DNA from: Rhodosorus marinus CCMP1338
Taxonomy: Eukaryota > Plantae > Rhodophyta
Direction: 5' to 3'
Length of the DNA: 64,000 bases
Assembly: GCA_029953675.1 (NCBI GenBank)
Contig: JAMWBK010000005.1
Coordinates: 806,001-870,000, forward strand
The position numbers were made by a program, and so were the translations under genes. Positions 1 to 12,920 of this stretch are shown one piece after another. Position 1 is the stretch's first letter. Each line of letters starts with the position of its first letter. The notes beneath the pieces were generated by a model. The model was not told the origin of the DNA. It saw only the letters and a program-made list of their open reading frames with translations, and did no database searches.

Positions 1-526
1 CTGCCTCTAAAAACCCTATCGAAGACTTACCATTGCCGGCGAGTTGGTTTCAGCGGGAAGAACCGAATCATCACTGCCGGACGAGAGATTTGAGCGCAAT
101 GGAGGAGATTGAACCAATCCTTTCTCTGAACCGAACTTCGTACCCGAACTGAAACTGGCTCTCAACCATAATCGATCCTACACCAGAAACGGCTTGAAGA
201 TGTTAGCCCACGCCCTGAAACCTTCCCAGAGTAAGCGAGATTCAAGTTATGGGACGCGATCATGCAATCAAAAGCTCACCAGATGATTACCGCAACCAAG
301 CACTCGGACCGCACCCAAGCATCCGCTAGGTGCTGTTTTCAACCGAATTCTGCCAACCATTGAAATCATAGCCTCAACACACGACCGGAGGACCAAGACT
401 ACACCCAAACTGAGTTCTCCTCGAAGTCACTACATACTAAAATTTACCGTTTCTTCACATAGCAAGCCTTCTTCTAGACGCCAAATGACCCTGAGAAAGC
501 TGTAAACGTCAACTCTTAAGTCGCGC

Positions 527-1204
527 CTACAGCGGTGATCTGTCACCCTCGTCCAGTTCCCGACCGGTGACGATGGACACGGCGGTGTAACTTAATCGGT
601 GAATCAATGTGTCATTAACGGGCTTGACCGGTATACTAGGAAGGAAGACTGTTTTTTGCAGTTGATTTGAACGCATCCACAACATCCATGTGTCCTCCTC
701 TGAACCAATTGAGCTCCACTGACGGTGTAGCTTCAAACTGTGGCTCCACTGTAGTTTTGTTCAGCAGGGAATGTGCTCAGTCGCATCTTGTGCTGCCATC
801 CCCCAGGGTGCGTTTTCGTTCATTTACGAGCCATTGAGGACGACCACGACGGTGAGACTTACCAACGTACTGGATTCACGATGTGGTGCAGGAGTGCAGA
901 TTACTGCTGCGCCTTGCACGCGTTGAATCTCCTGTGCATCCAAAAACGTCGTCAAGGACCGATAAGCTTCCTTTAACTACCGCCGACGGTGTGACTCAAC
1001 TTTGTGGTTTATCGGTGTAGTTTGTTCGCGGAGAATCCTGTTTGGCAGTTGTATATGTTGGGACGTGCACACGTCCATGTGTCGTCCTCTGGACCAAGTA
1101 GTTCCACCGTCCGCGGTCACCGGCAATCTCGCAATGGGGTTGAAGACGTTTGTGAGATGTTTTCCGAACGAAATGCCAGTATATCCCGTTTCCACGGACT
1201 GCAT
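527..1204 (-). CDS. Possible spliced hypothetical gene
   Basis: A GTAAGT donor at 862 and a CTACAG acceptor at 749 join an open frame (LKEAYRSLTTFLDAQ...STL) in phase to ORF 527-736. No recognisable domain; 5' exons unresolved. Confidence 0.3.
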
Positions 1205-1778
1205 AGTTTCATAACGTGGCTTAGATGCAGTTCAAAGCCGGCTGAATGCTTCTGACGATGCAGTTACGATGTGGTTCAGAGTTGGATAATCACTTAATCA
1301 AAGTCGAACTACCTTGCAGTCAGACTGGCTGACGGTGTGACTAAAGGATGCGCTAGGCGAAATGTAGCTTGGCATAAACAGCAAGCAAAATCCACTCTTT
1401 CTTTCCACGTTTTTACAGTTCAGAGCTTACGATTCCGAGTTGCTTTTCCGTAGCTGGGCTTCGGCCGGTAGGTTCGTAGCACTGTAGAACCACAGCAGCC
1501 AGAAAGTTGCTTGTATACAAGAAACCGCGTTAGCACAGATACGTATGCTATTATGCAGACGGTGTAGCTCAACAGTGTACCTCAACGCGATATCAGAATG
1601 CTATTATGCTTTAAAGCCTTGAATCTTCCCCGTTCCATTTGCTCTCCTCAAGGGATACGAGCTTCCGACGTCCTAGATTTTGAAGGTCTATTCCATAAAG
1701 GTCCCAACCTTTACCTCTTACGAAAGGGTTGCAATCACTGACTGGAATCCGTTCAAACGAGCGTTTCTACCGTCTGAT

Positions 1779-3449
1779 CTATTCGGCTGGGCTTTCTGTC
1801 TTGTCTTTCCGGCCTCTCATCCTCGCTTTCTTCTTGCTTTCATTCATTTTAGGGACTGTTGTTGGGTTCACTGAAAGGTCCATAATCTCTTCATAGTCCT
1901 CTTCAAAATCTTCGCTCGTTAGTGAACTACTGAGATCCTCATTATCAAAAGGAGTACTCTCCGCCTCAGGGAGGGTTCCTTCGTCCGAGTTTTCATTTTC
2001 AACCTCAACGTCACTCCTGACCACGGCACCTCCTCCTGAACCGCGTTTTGAACCACCAGACTTCGATAGGGACTCGCCCTCAGGTACCTTTTCAGCGGTG
2101 GTTTTGGTTCTCGAACCTGCCTTCTCCGCGTTATGCTTCTTGTTATCTACTTCTCCAGGTTCCTCGACCGAGCCCTGCCGAGCACCCGTCTTGGCCGCCT
2201 TTGAGGGGGAAGTTCTACGCTCTGGTGAAGAACCTATCTCCTCCGCCAAGCATCCCGTTTCCAACTGTTTCTCAGCTTTTCTGATGGGTACAAGCCCTTG
2301 AAAGTCTTCAGCGAGACGGCTCTTAACGGGTTCCAGCTCGCGATTTCGAAGAGCTGTAAGCGATATATCCTTTCTCTCATTTTCCGTGACCTCCGAAGGC
2401 CAGGACATGGAGCAGTGCCTGGATGCATTCCTTTCCAGGGCCGAGCTCCATCGGAGTACATCGTTAGTGTACAATTCATGAACGAAGGAATGCTTCGCAC
2501 TTGGAAACAGTTCCTCCAGTTTGCGTTTACCAATTTTGGCATTGTCCACTTCGTCGAAGTCAATTAGCGAATACTTCTCGTCCTTGGTAATGAAGAGCAC
2601 CCCACACTCCTCGAAATTCAACGCTTTTCCGGATCTCAACGTTGCCAAGTCCTCCTGGCGGAGATTCTCGATCATAACCGCTGCCGTCGCTTGCTTAGAT
2701 TTCTGGAGAGGAGGACGACACCAGGTCAGACCGGATCATATCATATCAATGCTGGAGAAGAAATTTCTTGCGTGTGTAGCCTGCGAGGCTTTCACTGTCT
2801 GCGTTGGAAAAAAACTGGCGAGATTGGAGTAGCAACTCACTTTAATGTCTGTTTGAATGTTTACATCACTTCGGGCATAGTAGAACGCAGCTCCTTCTGC
2901 CTCGAGTTCATACTTTGCAGCTCGCGCTTTCTCGACGGTACTAAAGCGGTAAACCGTGCGATTGATGAAGGGTAGGTGCCACGACTCCTCCGCATTCTTG
3001 AGGATCTCAGTGAGCTTGCCGTTTGGGCCGTCGGCTTGAAGCAGCTTATCACTTTTGGGCAGAGAAATGATGGTTCTGGACAACGAGCTATTTGGCCCGC
3101 ATACATGTCTTTTATACAGCGTTCTTACCTAGGTTATCCGAGCAAGTGCCATGAGAGTATCAGCATTAGCCAAGCAGGGTACCGCGCATCGGCTACAAGC
3201 TGCTCACATACTTACCGCGTGTAGAGACACGCTCATTTTAAGCAGCGGCAAGCCTTTCGCTCCAGAATCAAACGAATCGATGTAACCGCGCCCCCTATAT
3301 TCGGCCTCAAGCGAACGATTCACCTGTCTACCCCCTTCAGTAGAATACCTCCGATGGGGGAAAGCCCCCAACCGCCACTCACCAACCAAGATTCTACCCT
3401 TCATCTCCTCCCTTACAAAACCGTCCAATCTTCGAATAAAGAAAACCAC
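1779..3449 (-). CDS. Spliced hypothetical protein, possibly mitochondrion-targeted, with RRM-like segments and an acidic low-complexity C-terminus
   Basis: Three co-oriented ORFs (3204-3449, 2736-3083, 1779-2675). A phase-0 intron at 2703-2840 (GTGAGT...CTCCAG) joins two of them. The N-terminus is Arg-rich (HRRYST). RRM similarity is by eye only. Confidence 0.5.
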
Positions 3450-4641
3450 CTCAGAGATCCATCTCCGCTCTCATCTTCCGAGCTAATCATCGAAAACCGA
3501 TCACTCCCTGATCCACTTCAGCATTCACAACACGATCAAACCTCCACTCCCAACCGTCAACGAGCTAAAGGCTAAAGCAAACTGTCCCAAAGCAATTCCT
3601 GGTGGTTTTCGCTAACGTGTCCTTGAGGTGCCTCCGCAGGCCGTTGTACGAACTACTAGTTTGGAGAAGTTAACTACGATATGATGGACTCCATGATGAA
3701 GTCCATGGAGGAACAGTGCTCAAGAGAGGACTTAAAAAAGCGAGCGAGTTCACCAACTAACGACCTAGCCAAGAACTAGGCCAGCTAGTTCCCGCTGACA
3801 TCGAACCCAGCTCTTTCCGGTTGGATGGAGTTTGTTCCCTGCATTTTTCCTGGACGTTCGGGTCGGTCATTGGGCACTGAGTGTCGTCTCTGATAGCAGT
3901 ACAGCTCTTGTCGGATCTGATGTGGACATTCGAATCAAGTTGAGTACTACTGGTGGAGCTCCGAAAGGACAGACCTTTTAATGATTAGCTTTCGTCAATA
4001 GCGGACTCAGATGGTGGCAGAATGAAACGCCTCCCTGAGCTTTGCCTACTCGATTCATTCCGCCACCCATCGGGGATGGAAATGGAACGCAACCATGGGC
4101 TACGGCGCTGATGTTTCTATACCTTTGATTCCGTGTCTACGTTTCTAATGATGACACTCTCGATAAGTTTCACCCAGTCTTGGTTCCGAAATATCGGCTC
4201 TTATCTTCCGGACTCAGCAACAGTCATCTATCCGTCGCTTTCAGCTTTCTCAACCAGTTCAATCCCAGCCGACAACGACCTAAAGAAATGCTCGAAAACA
4301 ACTGTCCCATTTCGTGGAACAGTTGCTTTCGGGACCGTCCCATGAAACCCCCACGAAATGGGACAGTTGCCTTCGGGACATTTTTCTTAGTTGGTACTGA
4401 TGGCGTGGATTCAATGTGGATTGAGGACCTGCTTAAGGCTGCCATAGTTTTCTCTGTCATTATGCTCCTGATTGTTTTCTCCTGGAGCTACGTTGTTGAC
4501 CGAAGATCAGTTAGCTGGAGGGTAGGAACTATGGGGAAAGACTAGGGCTGGTTCGTTCGAAGATGAACTGATCGGAATGTAAGGATAAAGTTTATTTTAG
4601 ATATACTACGATGTGCAAGGAGGTTACTTAGTGGGAGTTGG

Positions 4642-5400
4642 CTATCTGTCTCGTCTTCTTTCTATGGTGTTCACGGGTTTACAGCTTTCCAAAGACATTG
4701 GAGCGAGGGCTTTCCTCTCGTCGCATGCAGAGATTGCGATCTCTGCTCCCTCTGCAATCGAGTTGACGTAAGTGTAGGTTGAGCCATCGTCAGTGAATCC
4801 CTCCCCGGGTGCTTCTACTTCTACGCTCACTACTCCGGCATCATGGGGTGGAGCTATACATGTTAGGATCTCTGGCGAGTACCTGACCGCCTCGACTTGT
4901 ACGGCACCGAACTTAACCATACGAACGGTGTTTGCAAAGTTGACTCCCCTGATCGTAATCTATCGAAACGGAAGACCGTCAATGCACTTGCTTTGGTTCC
5001 TTTCCAAGCTGGTCGGCGGGTATCTTACCTGTGCACCTCCAGTGGTAAGACCCACAAAGGGTTTCACCTCATCCACATGAGTTCTATTCTTCCGCTCAAC
5101 AAAGACAGCTCGGTACGGGTTTCTCTCGTCCACCGCATCCCTATAGTTTTCTTCTTTGATCAGCATTCCGGATTGAAAAAGTCTGAAGTCTTCCGCGGCT
5201 TTTGCAAATTGCTCATATTTCTCGGACAAAGTACGCCTCAGATCATCCACAGGCGCCTATTTGGGACAGAAAAAAAACAGTAAAAGGCATCGCGTCCATT
5301 CCAAATCAGATAAATGTCATGGTCCAAACCGAGATGCGCCCCAGTCAAACGCGCGGCGCCCCTACCTGATGAGAGATCTCCAACTCAGACTTTCCTACTT
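4642..5400 (-). CDS. IPT/TIG (immunoglobulin-like fold) domain protein, spliced
   Basis: Removing the 69-nt intron 4960-5028 (GTAAGA...GATAG) gives DEVKPFVGLTTGGAQITIRGVNF...VKFGAVQVEAVRYSPEILTCIAPPHDAGVVSVEV...FTDDGSTYTYV, the canonical IPT/TIG pattern. 5' exons uncertain. Confidence 0.75.
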
Positions 5401-6789
5401 GACTCAGTTTCCCTCGCGCAGAGCTGTAAACATGCACAGAAACTGTCATCACCCAACAAACAACCAAGAAAACGGATCCAAGACAAAAAGAAAGAAAAAA
5501 CTACAAAACCCCTGTGTCGCCTCCCCACCCAACACCCAAACCACAAAACAGCAGATTCCAAACTCCTCAAATCAATCTAATAGAGGTAGCCACCAAAACG
5601 GCAGAAAGAGAAAAAAACCGTTAGCCAGAAGCTCCGCCAAGCCCATCGCCCACCCCACTCCCATCAGCTTCATCCTCACCAAAGTACGCTCTCTAAGTAG
5701 ACAAACAAAACAGCACCGCCCGATGTATAATGATTGATCAGTTGTTAATTGATTGAATATCAGTCACTACAGCTACTTGATGTTGACTGCGTCGTTTTGT
5801 TTATTGACTGCGTGCTCAGGAAGGAGTTTTTTTGTAATGTAAGACCTGTGATTCTAGTATTTCAATAGTTTTTAGTACTAATTGAAGTTTGGGACTTTCT
5901 TCTCGGGATTGACGGATGTTGACGAGTGCGATCGTGAGATCGGGACGAAGATGAGATAGCTCTATGTTGTAAGCGAACTCTCTTTACTGAAGGATACCGG
6001 CGTTAGATACCGATCCTAAAGCATCGAGAACCTTTTTTTCGTTGTGCGAAGCGACTTTTCCCTGGGTCCCTTTCTCTCCGTGTTTTTGGGGGTAGTTTTT
6101 CTCCTCTCAGAGGGTGGTTTTGTCCCTGACCACCACTATTTAATGGTGAAGAAATCGCGCGCGGCCACAAGGAGCTTGCGTGTACCATGAAAAAGCATAA
6201 AGGTGCAGCTTGGGTTTTGACGAACACTTCCGAATCACTCTACACGCAATCCACGCAATCCGTGATCCAAGCGAGACACCTTGAGTACTGGCCTGGTCCC
6301 GACCATACTAGCAGAAGAATTCTGCCGCAGGTAACAAATACCACCGCGACAACCGCCAGTATTTTTTCGCCGTTTTTAAAAGCTTTGTTAATTTTATTAA
6401 ATATAACTAGTCTCTAAACTACATACTTAAAAACTTATATTCAAATAACATTAAAATTTATCACTTCTCTCACCTGTTTTTAATATTTACATGAACATGA
6501 ATAAGTTTTTGAATTTCTTCCGCGCTCATGTATTCAAATTCCAACTTTATTATTTATGTGTTTTTTTTGCTGTTTGTGTTGTAATGTTTCCTCTAGCCTT
6601 ACTCGGGTTGTAAGTATTCTGTTCCGCGTTCGGCAGTGGACATGAGGCCAATCGGTTGTGTGGAACTAGAGCTATTCTTGCCGGGACAAGGAGCGCCGGA
6701 AGGAGCCTCTGGTAATCAACGTGAGAATCTGAGGGTAAGAGTCTACAGCTTCGCTTGAGGATTCGCCGGGTGGTTCTGTTCTTGTCAAT

Positions 6790-9100
6790 ATGGCCAGGAC
6801 ATTAGTGGATGTTCTCAAAGCCAGCTCAGGCTCAGGTCTGGTTGAGGAAGGCATGCTCGCAATGCAATTGGCGGAAATGTTCGTTGAAAAGCGGATCGAT
6901 GCTGCATGCGTTGGAAGCAAAGGCGTGCTGGTCGGTGTGGTGAGCGTTAGGGATATTGTGAAGCTTGTTTCGAGGAGAGCGGATCTGAGATCGCTGTCCG
7001 TTGGAGAGTTCATGACTCGCAATCCAGTAGTGCTTCCTGGAGAAGCTACGACCGTAGAAGCCATTTCAGCAATGAGGAGCGGCGGATTTCGACATATTCC
7101 AGTCGTTGATGGCGAAGGCCAGTACCTGGGCGTTGTTGATGCGATTGAACTGATCTATGATGCAATCATAAAAATGCAAACTCAGTTTATCCCCACGAGA
7201 CGAGCTTTTACATTCTTCAGGTCGAAAACGGAGGCTCTTCGAGTACCCACGCTGAGCAGCATTGCAGATGCGAGCGAAGCAGCGGTCCTCACAACAGAAG
7301 AAACCCTTCTTACTGCCTGCGAACTCATGACTGAAACTCGAGGCACAGCTGTAGCAGTTACAAACTCTGCGGGCGTTCTAGCTGGAATAGTCACAAGTCG
7401 TGATGTTCTGAAGTCGATTGTCGGGAATCTTGGCCCAGCGCAGGATACTCGTCTGTTCAAAGTGATGTCAAGGGACCCGGAATACGCATCTGGTTCTGAT
7501 ACGCTTCTCCTCGCACTTCAAAAGATGCAAGCGAGGGGTTTCAGGCACCTGCCAGTCATAGACACTGACAAGAGAGTTGTGAGCCTCGTGAGTGTGCTCG
7601 AAGTCGCCGGCAATGCCATCCTGGACGATGGCGATTTGAATCAGAGTACAACGACCATTCAAGCTGATACTCAGTGGGGATCAGGCTCAGGAAGCTTCTG
7701 GAACTATTTTTTCTCGTCCGCATCTCTGAATGGGGAGAGCATTGAACCGAAAGAAAACTTTCTCTCTTCAGGCGGGAACGCTCCTGTTCCAAAATCGATC
7801 AGCTCCTTCCTTGTGTTCAAATTCCAGGACAAGAACAGAGAGTTTCGAAGGGTGAAAGTACCCATGAGGCTTGAACGAGGGAGCTATGACAAGTTTCAAC
7901 TCGAGATTCGAAGGAGGTATGGAGCATCCAGGTCCTCCGTCTTGAAGATCAAGTACTTTGACGATGAGGGGGATGAGGTTCGCATTTCTTCTGACGAGGA
8001 TTTCGAAGAATGCATCGAGAGTGCGTTGGAGAATCAGTGGAAAACGGTCAAGGCCGTTGTGGAGGAAGTACAAACCCTCACGGACACCAGTTCAAGAGGA
8101 TCAATATCCGCTTCTCTTTCGTACGGCTCGCTCCTCGACCTTGATGCGAAGGACTACGGAGGCTCGCAGATCGCGACGGCATACAGTGCGCAGGACAAGA
8201 TCAGGGAAGCGATGGGTTTGCTTCAGAATGGGAACGTGAAAGCGGCGATAACATGTTACGACGAGGCTGTATCGATTGATCCGTCGTCCGCGAACGCGTA
8301 CTGTGGTCGGGCCGCTGCGAAGCTCATCGTACACGAGACAGAGCAGGCACTCGAAGACTATGACAAGGCGCTCGAGCTCTGTGGCCAACGCCAAGATATG
8401 TAGGCCGCGGGCGTCGCTTTAGACCAGTGAGGTAGTAGTAGTTGACTAATGGCTTTTGCTGAATCGCTTCCTTCGCTTCTTTCCTGTGCTTAGTATTGAT
8501 CAATCCGCTCTGGAGAGCTTCATGGACGTCTGCAACAGTGGAATTGCGGAGGCATTAATTGAGCTCAGGCGATACGAAGAAGCCGGGAAGATCCTTTCTT
8601 CTATAAGCTCCTCCCAGTGCAGAGACGAAACAGTATCTGCGTTCCTGGACGAGCTCTCTGCATGTAGGGATTCGGCGGTCAAAGCTCAGCTGTCGGACGC
8701 CTGTATGGAGGCCGTGGATTTGTACACCAGCGCAATCCGTATTGATTCCACGCTTGAGAAGGAAATTGGTCACCCCAGACAGGCCAAGCTACTGTGTGCA
8801 AGAGGCCAATGCTATGTAACAGTTGACGATGTAGAGATGGCTGCGGAGGACTACTTTCTAGCGCTCCAAGTGGATCCTGAGAATCGCGATGCACTGCTTG
8901 GGAGAGCCGAGGCTTTGAAGAAGCTTGAGAAATACAAGGAAGCCAAAGACGCATTTCGCACGTATTTCAAGCTCTTCCCCAAAGATGAAAAAGCCGTCAA
9001 GAGCTTCGATGAAGTCAAGAAGAGGGTACTCGAGGCTGATTCAAAGAAAATAAGCGACCTGGGTTCTGTCCTGAAGGAGATCAACCTCCCGAAGATATAA
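6790..9100 (+). CDS. CBS-domain (two pairs) + PB1 + TPR-repeat protein; one intron 8400-8493
   Basis: Two CBS pairs (FMTRNPVVL...GFRHIPVVD; VMSRDP...GFRHLPVID), then PB1 (LKIKYFDDEGDEVRISSDEDFEEC), then TPRs (AITCYDEAVSIDPSSANAYCGRAAAKL; LALQVDPENRDALLGRAEALKKL). The 94-nt GT-AG intron has a GACTAAT branch site and joins in frame. True start may lie upstream. Confidence 0.85.
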
Positions 9101-9514
9101 TCACCAGCGGCAAGACAACGCTCCGCACTGGCCTCGACGACGTCGTGGGCTTGGAGGGATGTGAGCACTTTTTTTTGCTGTTGAAGTATTTATCATTAAA
9201 GGGTTAGAGAAGTTCAAAATACAGCAAGCAACTTTCCACTACAAGCTTAGGATGGTAGCAATCGCAACGAAGGGTCTGAGCCACGGATTCTCTGCCGTTC
9301 TGTCACAGCCGTTTTCAAGAGCCGACGTCAGCTTAAATTTCCGTTTTGACGAACTGAGCTTGGCTTCGGACACAAATTTCGATGACCCTCGATCGTTGCC
9401 GTTCCACGCAAAGCGCAGACATTTCCACAGAGTGACTGAGCGCTGAAGAACGAGTCACCATCACCGGCTGCTGAAGATGGTGGAGGCGAAAATCGAAGAA
9501 ACCCGAGCCACGGC

Positions 9515-9551
9515 CAGAGAGTGGTAGAGAGTGGCAGAGAGTGGCAGAGAG
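9515..9551. repeat. 10-bp tandem repeat (GTGGCAGAGA) x~3.6
   Basis: cagaga gtggtagaga gtggcagaga gtggcagaga g. Confidence 0.8.
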
Positions 9552-9855
9552 CACGAGGGATTTACAGTCGATGCTCGAGAAAATGCTAACGTGCCGCCTG
9601 GAGAATCCTTTGCTCAGTGCTCGGCCTCGGCCTCAGCCTCGCTGGCTTCCTCACTGACCAAGTGGTCAACCCTGAATCGGTCACGTACGTTGCAAATGCC
9701 TATGCGGAGAGATAGCAATAGCTCATAACCTTGAAATTCTTTCTTTAATAAGTTCTTCGGATTAATAAATTCAAATCATTTCGTGGGACTCCCGACAACA
9801 AGCAAGAGCCCAACTCGAGGGACGTCATATCCCAGAGCAAAGGGCTTCTTCGAGC

Positions 9856-11238
9856 TCAGTCCTTCTTCTCGACAAGACTTCCCCGAAGAATCTTTTCACT
9901 CATCCAGAGGGCCAGGGCCTCTCGCCCGACAACGGAATCGACTTTATGAGGTATGATCCCCAAGTCGTCGAATGTGAGCTCATCAGGTGCCGGAGTTCCC
10001 AACACATTGCTCCTCATACCCTCCGCCACGTCGTATTTTCCAAGCACGGGCTGTTGACTGAGGTAGGAAACAAGCCAGGTTAACAATGGAGATCGAAAAT
10101 GATCGAACAACTCAGGTTTGGATTATCTGCATCGCTTTCACCAGATCGCCATATCATCAAAGCAGAGCTCAAGAGACGTGAGCACATGTTTCACGAAGAT
10201 ACTTACTTCACAAGGAGGATAGCCTTGGCAAATGGCAGCTGTAGCAGCCGCGCAATTCTCGGGCTGACAAATGCTGGGTTGAACCTGTACATTCCTCCAA
10301 TATAATCGATAGCCCACTCTGTAACCTCCATCTCCGTCAAAACGTCTGGTCCCGCTAGGTTCAGCGTCCTGCCCGCAAATCTCTCATAATCGTTGACTAC
10401 TTGCCCTATGGCGTTGGCCACATCGACAACATGAACAGGCTGAACCAAGTCCTTCCCCTGGTTGACTAAAGGGTAATAGATCATCCAACTGAACATCTGC
10501 ATGATTCTATAGAAGAATCTACGTAGGAGAAGGCAAGCGTTTTGGAGGAGCAGCGTTAAATCCACGAGTATCAGCAACTAAGATCAATTGTGCCGGGGCT
10601 AAGGCAAGGTACCTATCGTTCAGTCCAAATATGTCCGTGGCTTTCACAATGGTAGATGTCGGCACATTCTTCCGGACTATTTCTTCTGCCTCAACCTTGG
10701 CTCGAAGCTGGCCTGACTCCGAGTCTTTGCTTGCGTTTGCCATCGACATTTGCACGAAGTGATTAATCCCCAGCTCCTTTGCCACCTCGGAGAGAACCGT
10801 CGCGCTTTCAAGGGTGGACTGCTCGACCGTAAAATTCCACGTGTCGTAATGCTTCCCGACCAAGTTAATGATAACGTTCGCGTGCTTGCAAACATCAACT
10901 ACACTCTCCCTGTCACGGATGCTCATCTCCATCAGCGCGATCTGCCCGAGATCACCCATAACCTTCAGATCTCTGCCATCTTTGGAATCCCCTCTCCATG
11001 CGGCAACTACTTGCGTCCCGTGTCGCCCAAGCTGGTGGACCACATGTCGGCCAAGGAAACCGGTACTTCCAAAGACAGCAGCGACGATTGCAGTATTCGA
11101 AGACCTTCCTCCGGATCCTTTCGAAAACTGAATACCTGTAGATTCCATTCTCAGGGCCCTGTATGAAGACCAAGGGTTCCGCTTGATTATTCCGTAATTG
11201 CTTGTCCGCAACAACTTCGACATTCCCTGAATCGTCAT
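9856..11238 (-). CDS. NDUFA9: NADH:ubiquinone oxidoreductase 39-kDa subunit (SDR fold), spliced
   Basis: GSGGRSS...VAAVFGSTGFLGRHVV, VMGDLGQ, VIINLVGK, QPVHVVDVA and LTFDDLGI are all NDUFA9 motifs. Arg-rich presequence. Intron 10519-10612 is clear; the 3' exon junctions are not fully resolved. Confidence 0.93.
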
Positions 11239-12674
11239 CGCGCAGGAACCAACTTAACAACTTCCTTTGCCCTTCGCTCAAAACCCCCAAAAACAAATAT
11301 GTCCAGGAGAAACAACAACAAGATTTCAATTTCACTTAGATAAGCATTGACAGAACCGCTATTGTAAACCGGAAAAAATAGCGAAGCTCTCCAACTGCGA
11401 CTGACGTCTCCCCACTAGCCCTCCTCCCCAAACCCTCTTTTTATCAATCCCACACTCACGCCCTCTCTCCACTGCGACATCATTGAGCTCCCCCAGACGG
11501 ACGAAGGGACACTTAAGACAATATAAACTTTTCTTTTTTAAGATACTAAAAACCAAGAAATAATTCGAAAAACTGAATATCGGCGTATCCAATGGACAGC
11601 TGTCCATATACTGTCAATATTTATTTTCTAAATGTTTTATGTGCAACTTACTAGTACTATAGTACTCCAGTGATAGTTTTGGTTTTAGAGTCACCTAGGT
11701 GACACTCAAAGGTGATAACTAAGCAAAGGTGGGACCGTGGCATGCCTCAAGTGCCCTGGGAAATGGCCTAGTTTCAACGGTTTGATGCCCCATTGGTCTC
11801 ATTGGCAAGCACCGTTTCCGATTTCAACCTGGCACTTAAAATTTCTAGTGCCCCAATGCTTGCCCCAATACTATCCCCCATTTCTTACCCTATTTCTTGA
11901 TGTCCGGGTTCGCCTGGTACATATATGGGAGCGGTGGGGTAAGGGGGGTGAGGGACTAGTCTGGTGTAGTTTTGCTGCTTCCAAATAAGCAAAGTCCATT
12001 CTTATAGGGGTGAATTTCAGTTCAACAATTCGAATCTAAATGATGGCGCTGAATTTGTTTTCATGGTACGAATGAGTTTCAATACGCTGCCTTTAAGACG
12101 TGTTGTGTCATGTGCGTCCGATAAAGTTTATCGAACAATACTGGCAATTTTTGAAGTGGATAGACTATTGAAAAAAGTATAAAATAAGCGGGGGTGTCCG
12201 ATTGCCCGTCCGATAGACGCGTCCAAAAATCGTCCGATATTCAATCAACATTAGTCTAAAGAATCAATCATCTACAATCCAGGCATTGAATCATGATTAC
12301 TTCTTGGTATGACAAGATCGTTCTCACACATATCATGAATTATGGTTACTTCTCGGTATGGCAAGCTTCTTGGTACGACAAGCTCATACTCACATATCAT
12401 GAATCATGGTTACTTCTCGGTATGCCAAGCTGCCATTATCATGCAAAGAATACTGATTTTGTTAGGACTGTAGACTACCAGATTTGAACCGTCCTCAGAT
12501 GATGTTTGTCCTCTTTCAATTTCTTCTCTTATTGAAACGGTCACAGGAAGAACGGTGACTATCCGCTCTCAGCACGTAGGAGGACAATCCTCACATCGTC
12601 CTACATATGGTTGCACCGGTGTGTGGATGGTATACGGTAGGCTCACCGGATAGAGGTTCAAACGTTTGAAGTAG

Positions 12675-12838
12675 CGTTGGCGCACGGTTGTAGCCGGACA
12701 GAACGACACCATCAGGGCCTGGCTGACAACGGAGAAAGCCAGGGAGACGTCAGGCTAGGCGAGAGCAAGGGGGAAAAATTCTTTGGACTTATCAAACAAC
12801 TCTTCGTGAGGGGGTTACTTGGGCGAAAAGATCCAATA
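12675..12838 (+). repeat. 5' LTR of Ty3/gypsy element (164 bp)
   Basis: Direct repeat of 17099-17263, with about 7 substitutions and 1 indel. Confidence 0.95.
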
Positions 12839-12920
12839 TTTGGTGGATTTCCGGGGCTGAAGCCAGCTGGAACTTGGTGATTGAAGAAAAATACAACCCG
12901 ATCCTCCTCCGGGTGCGTGG

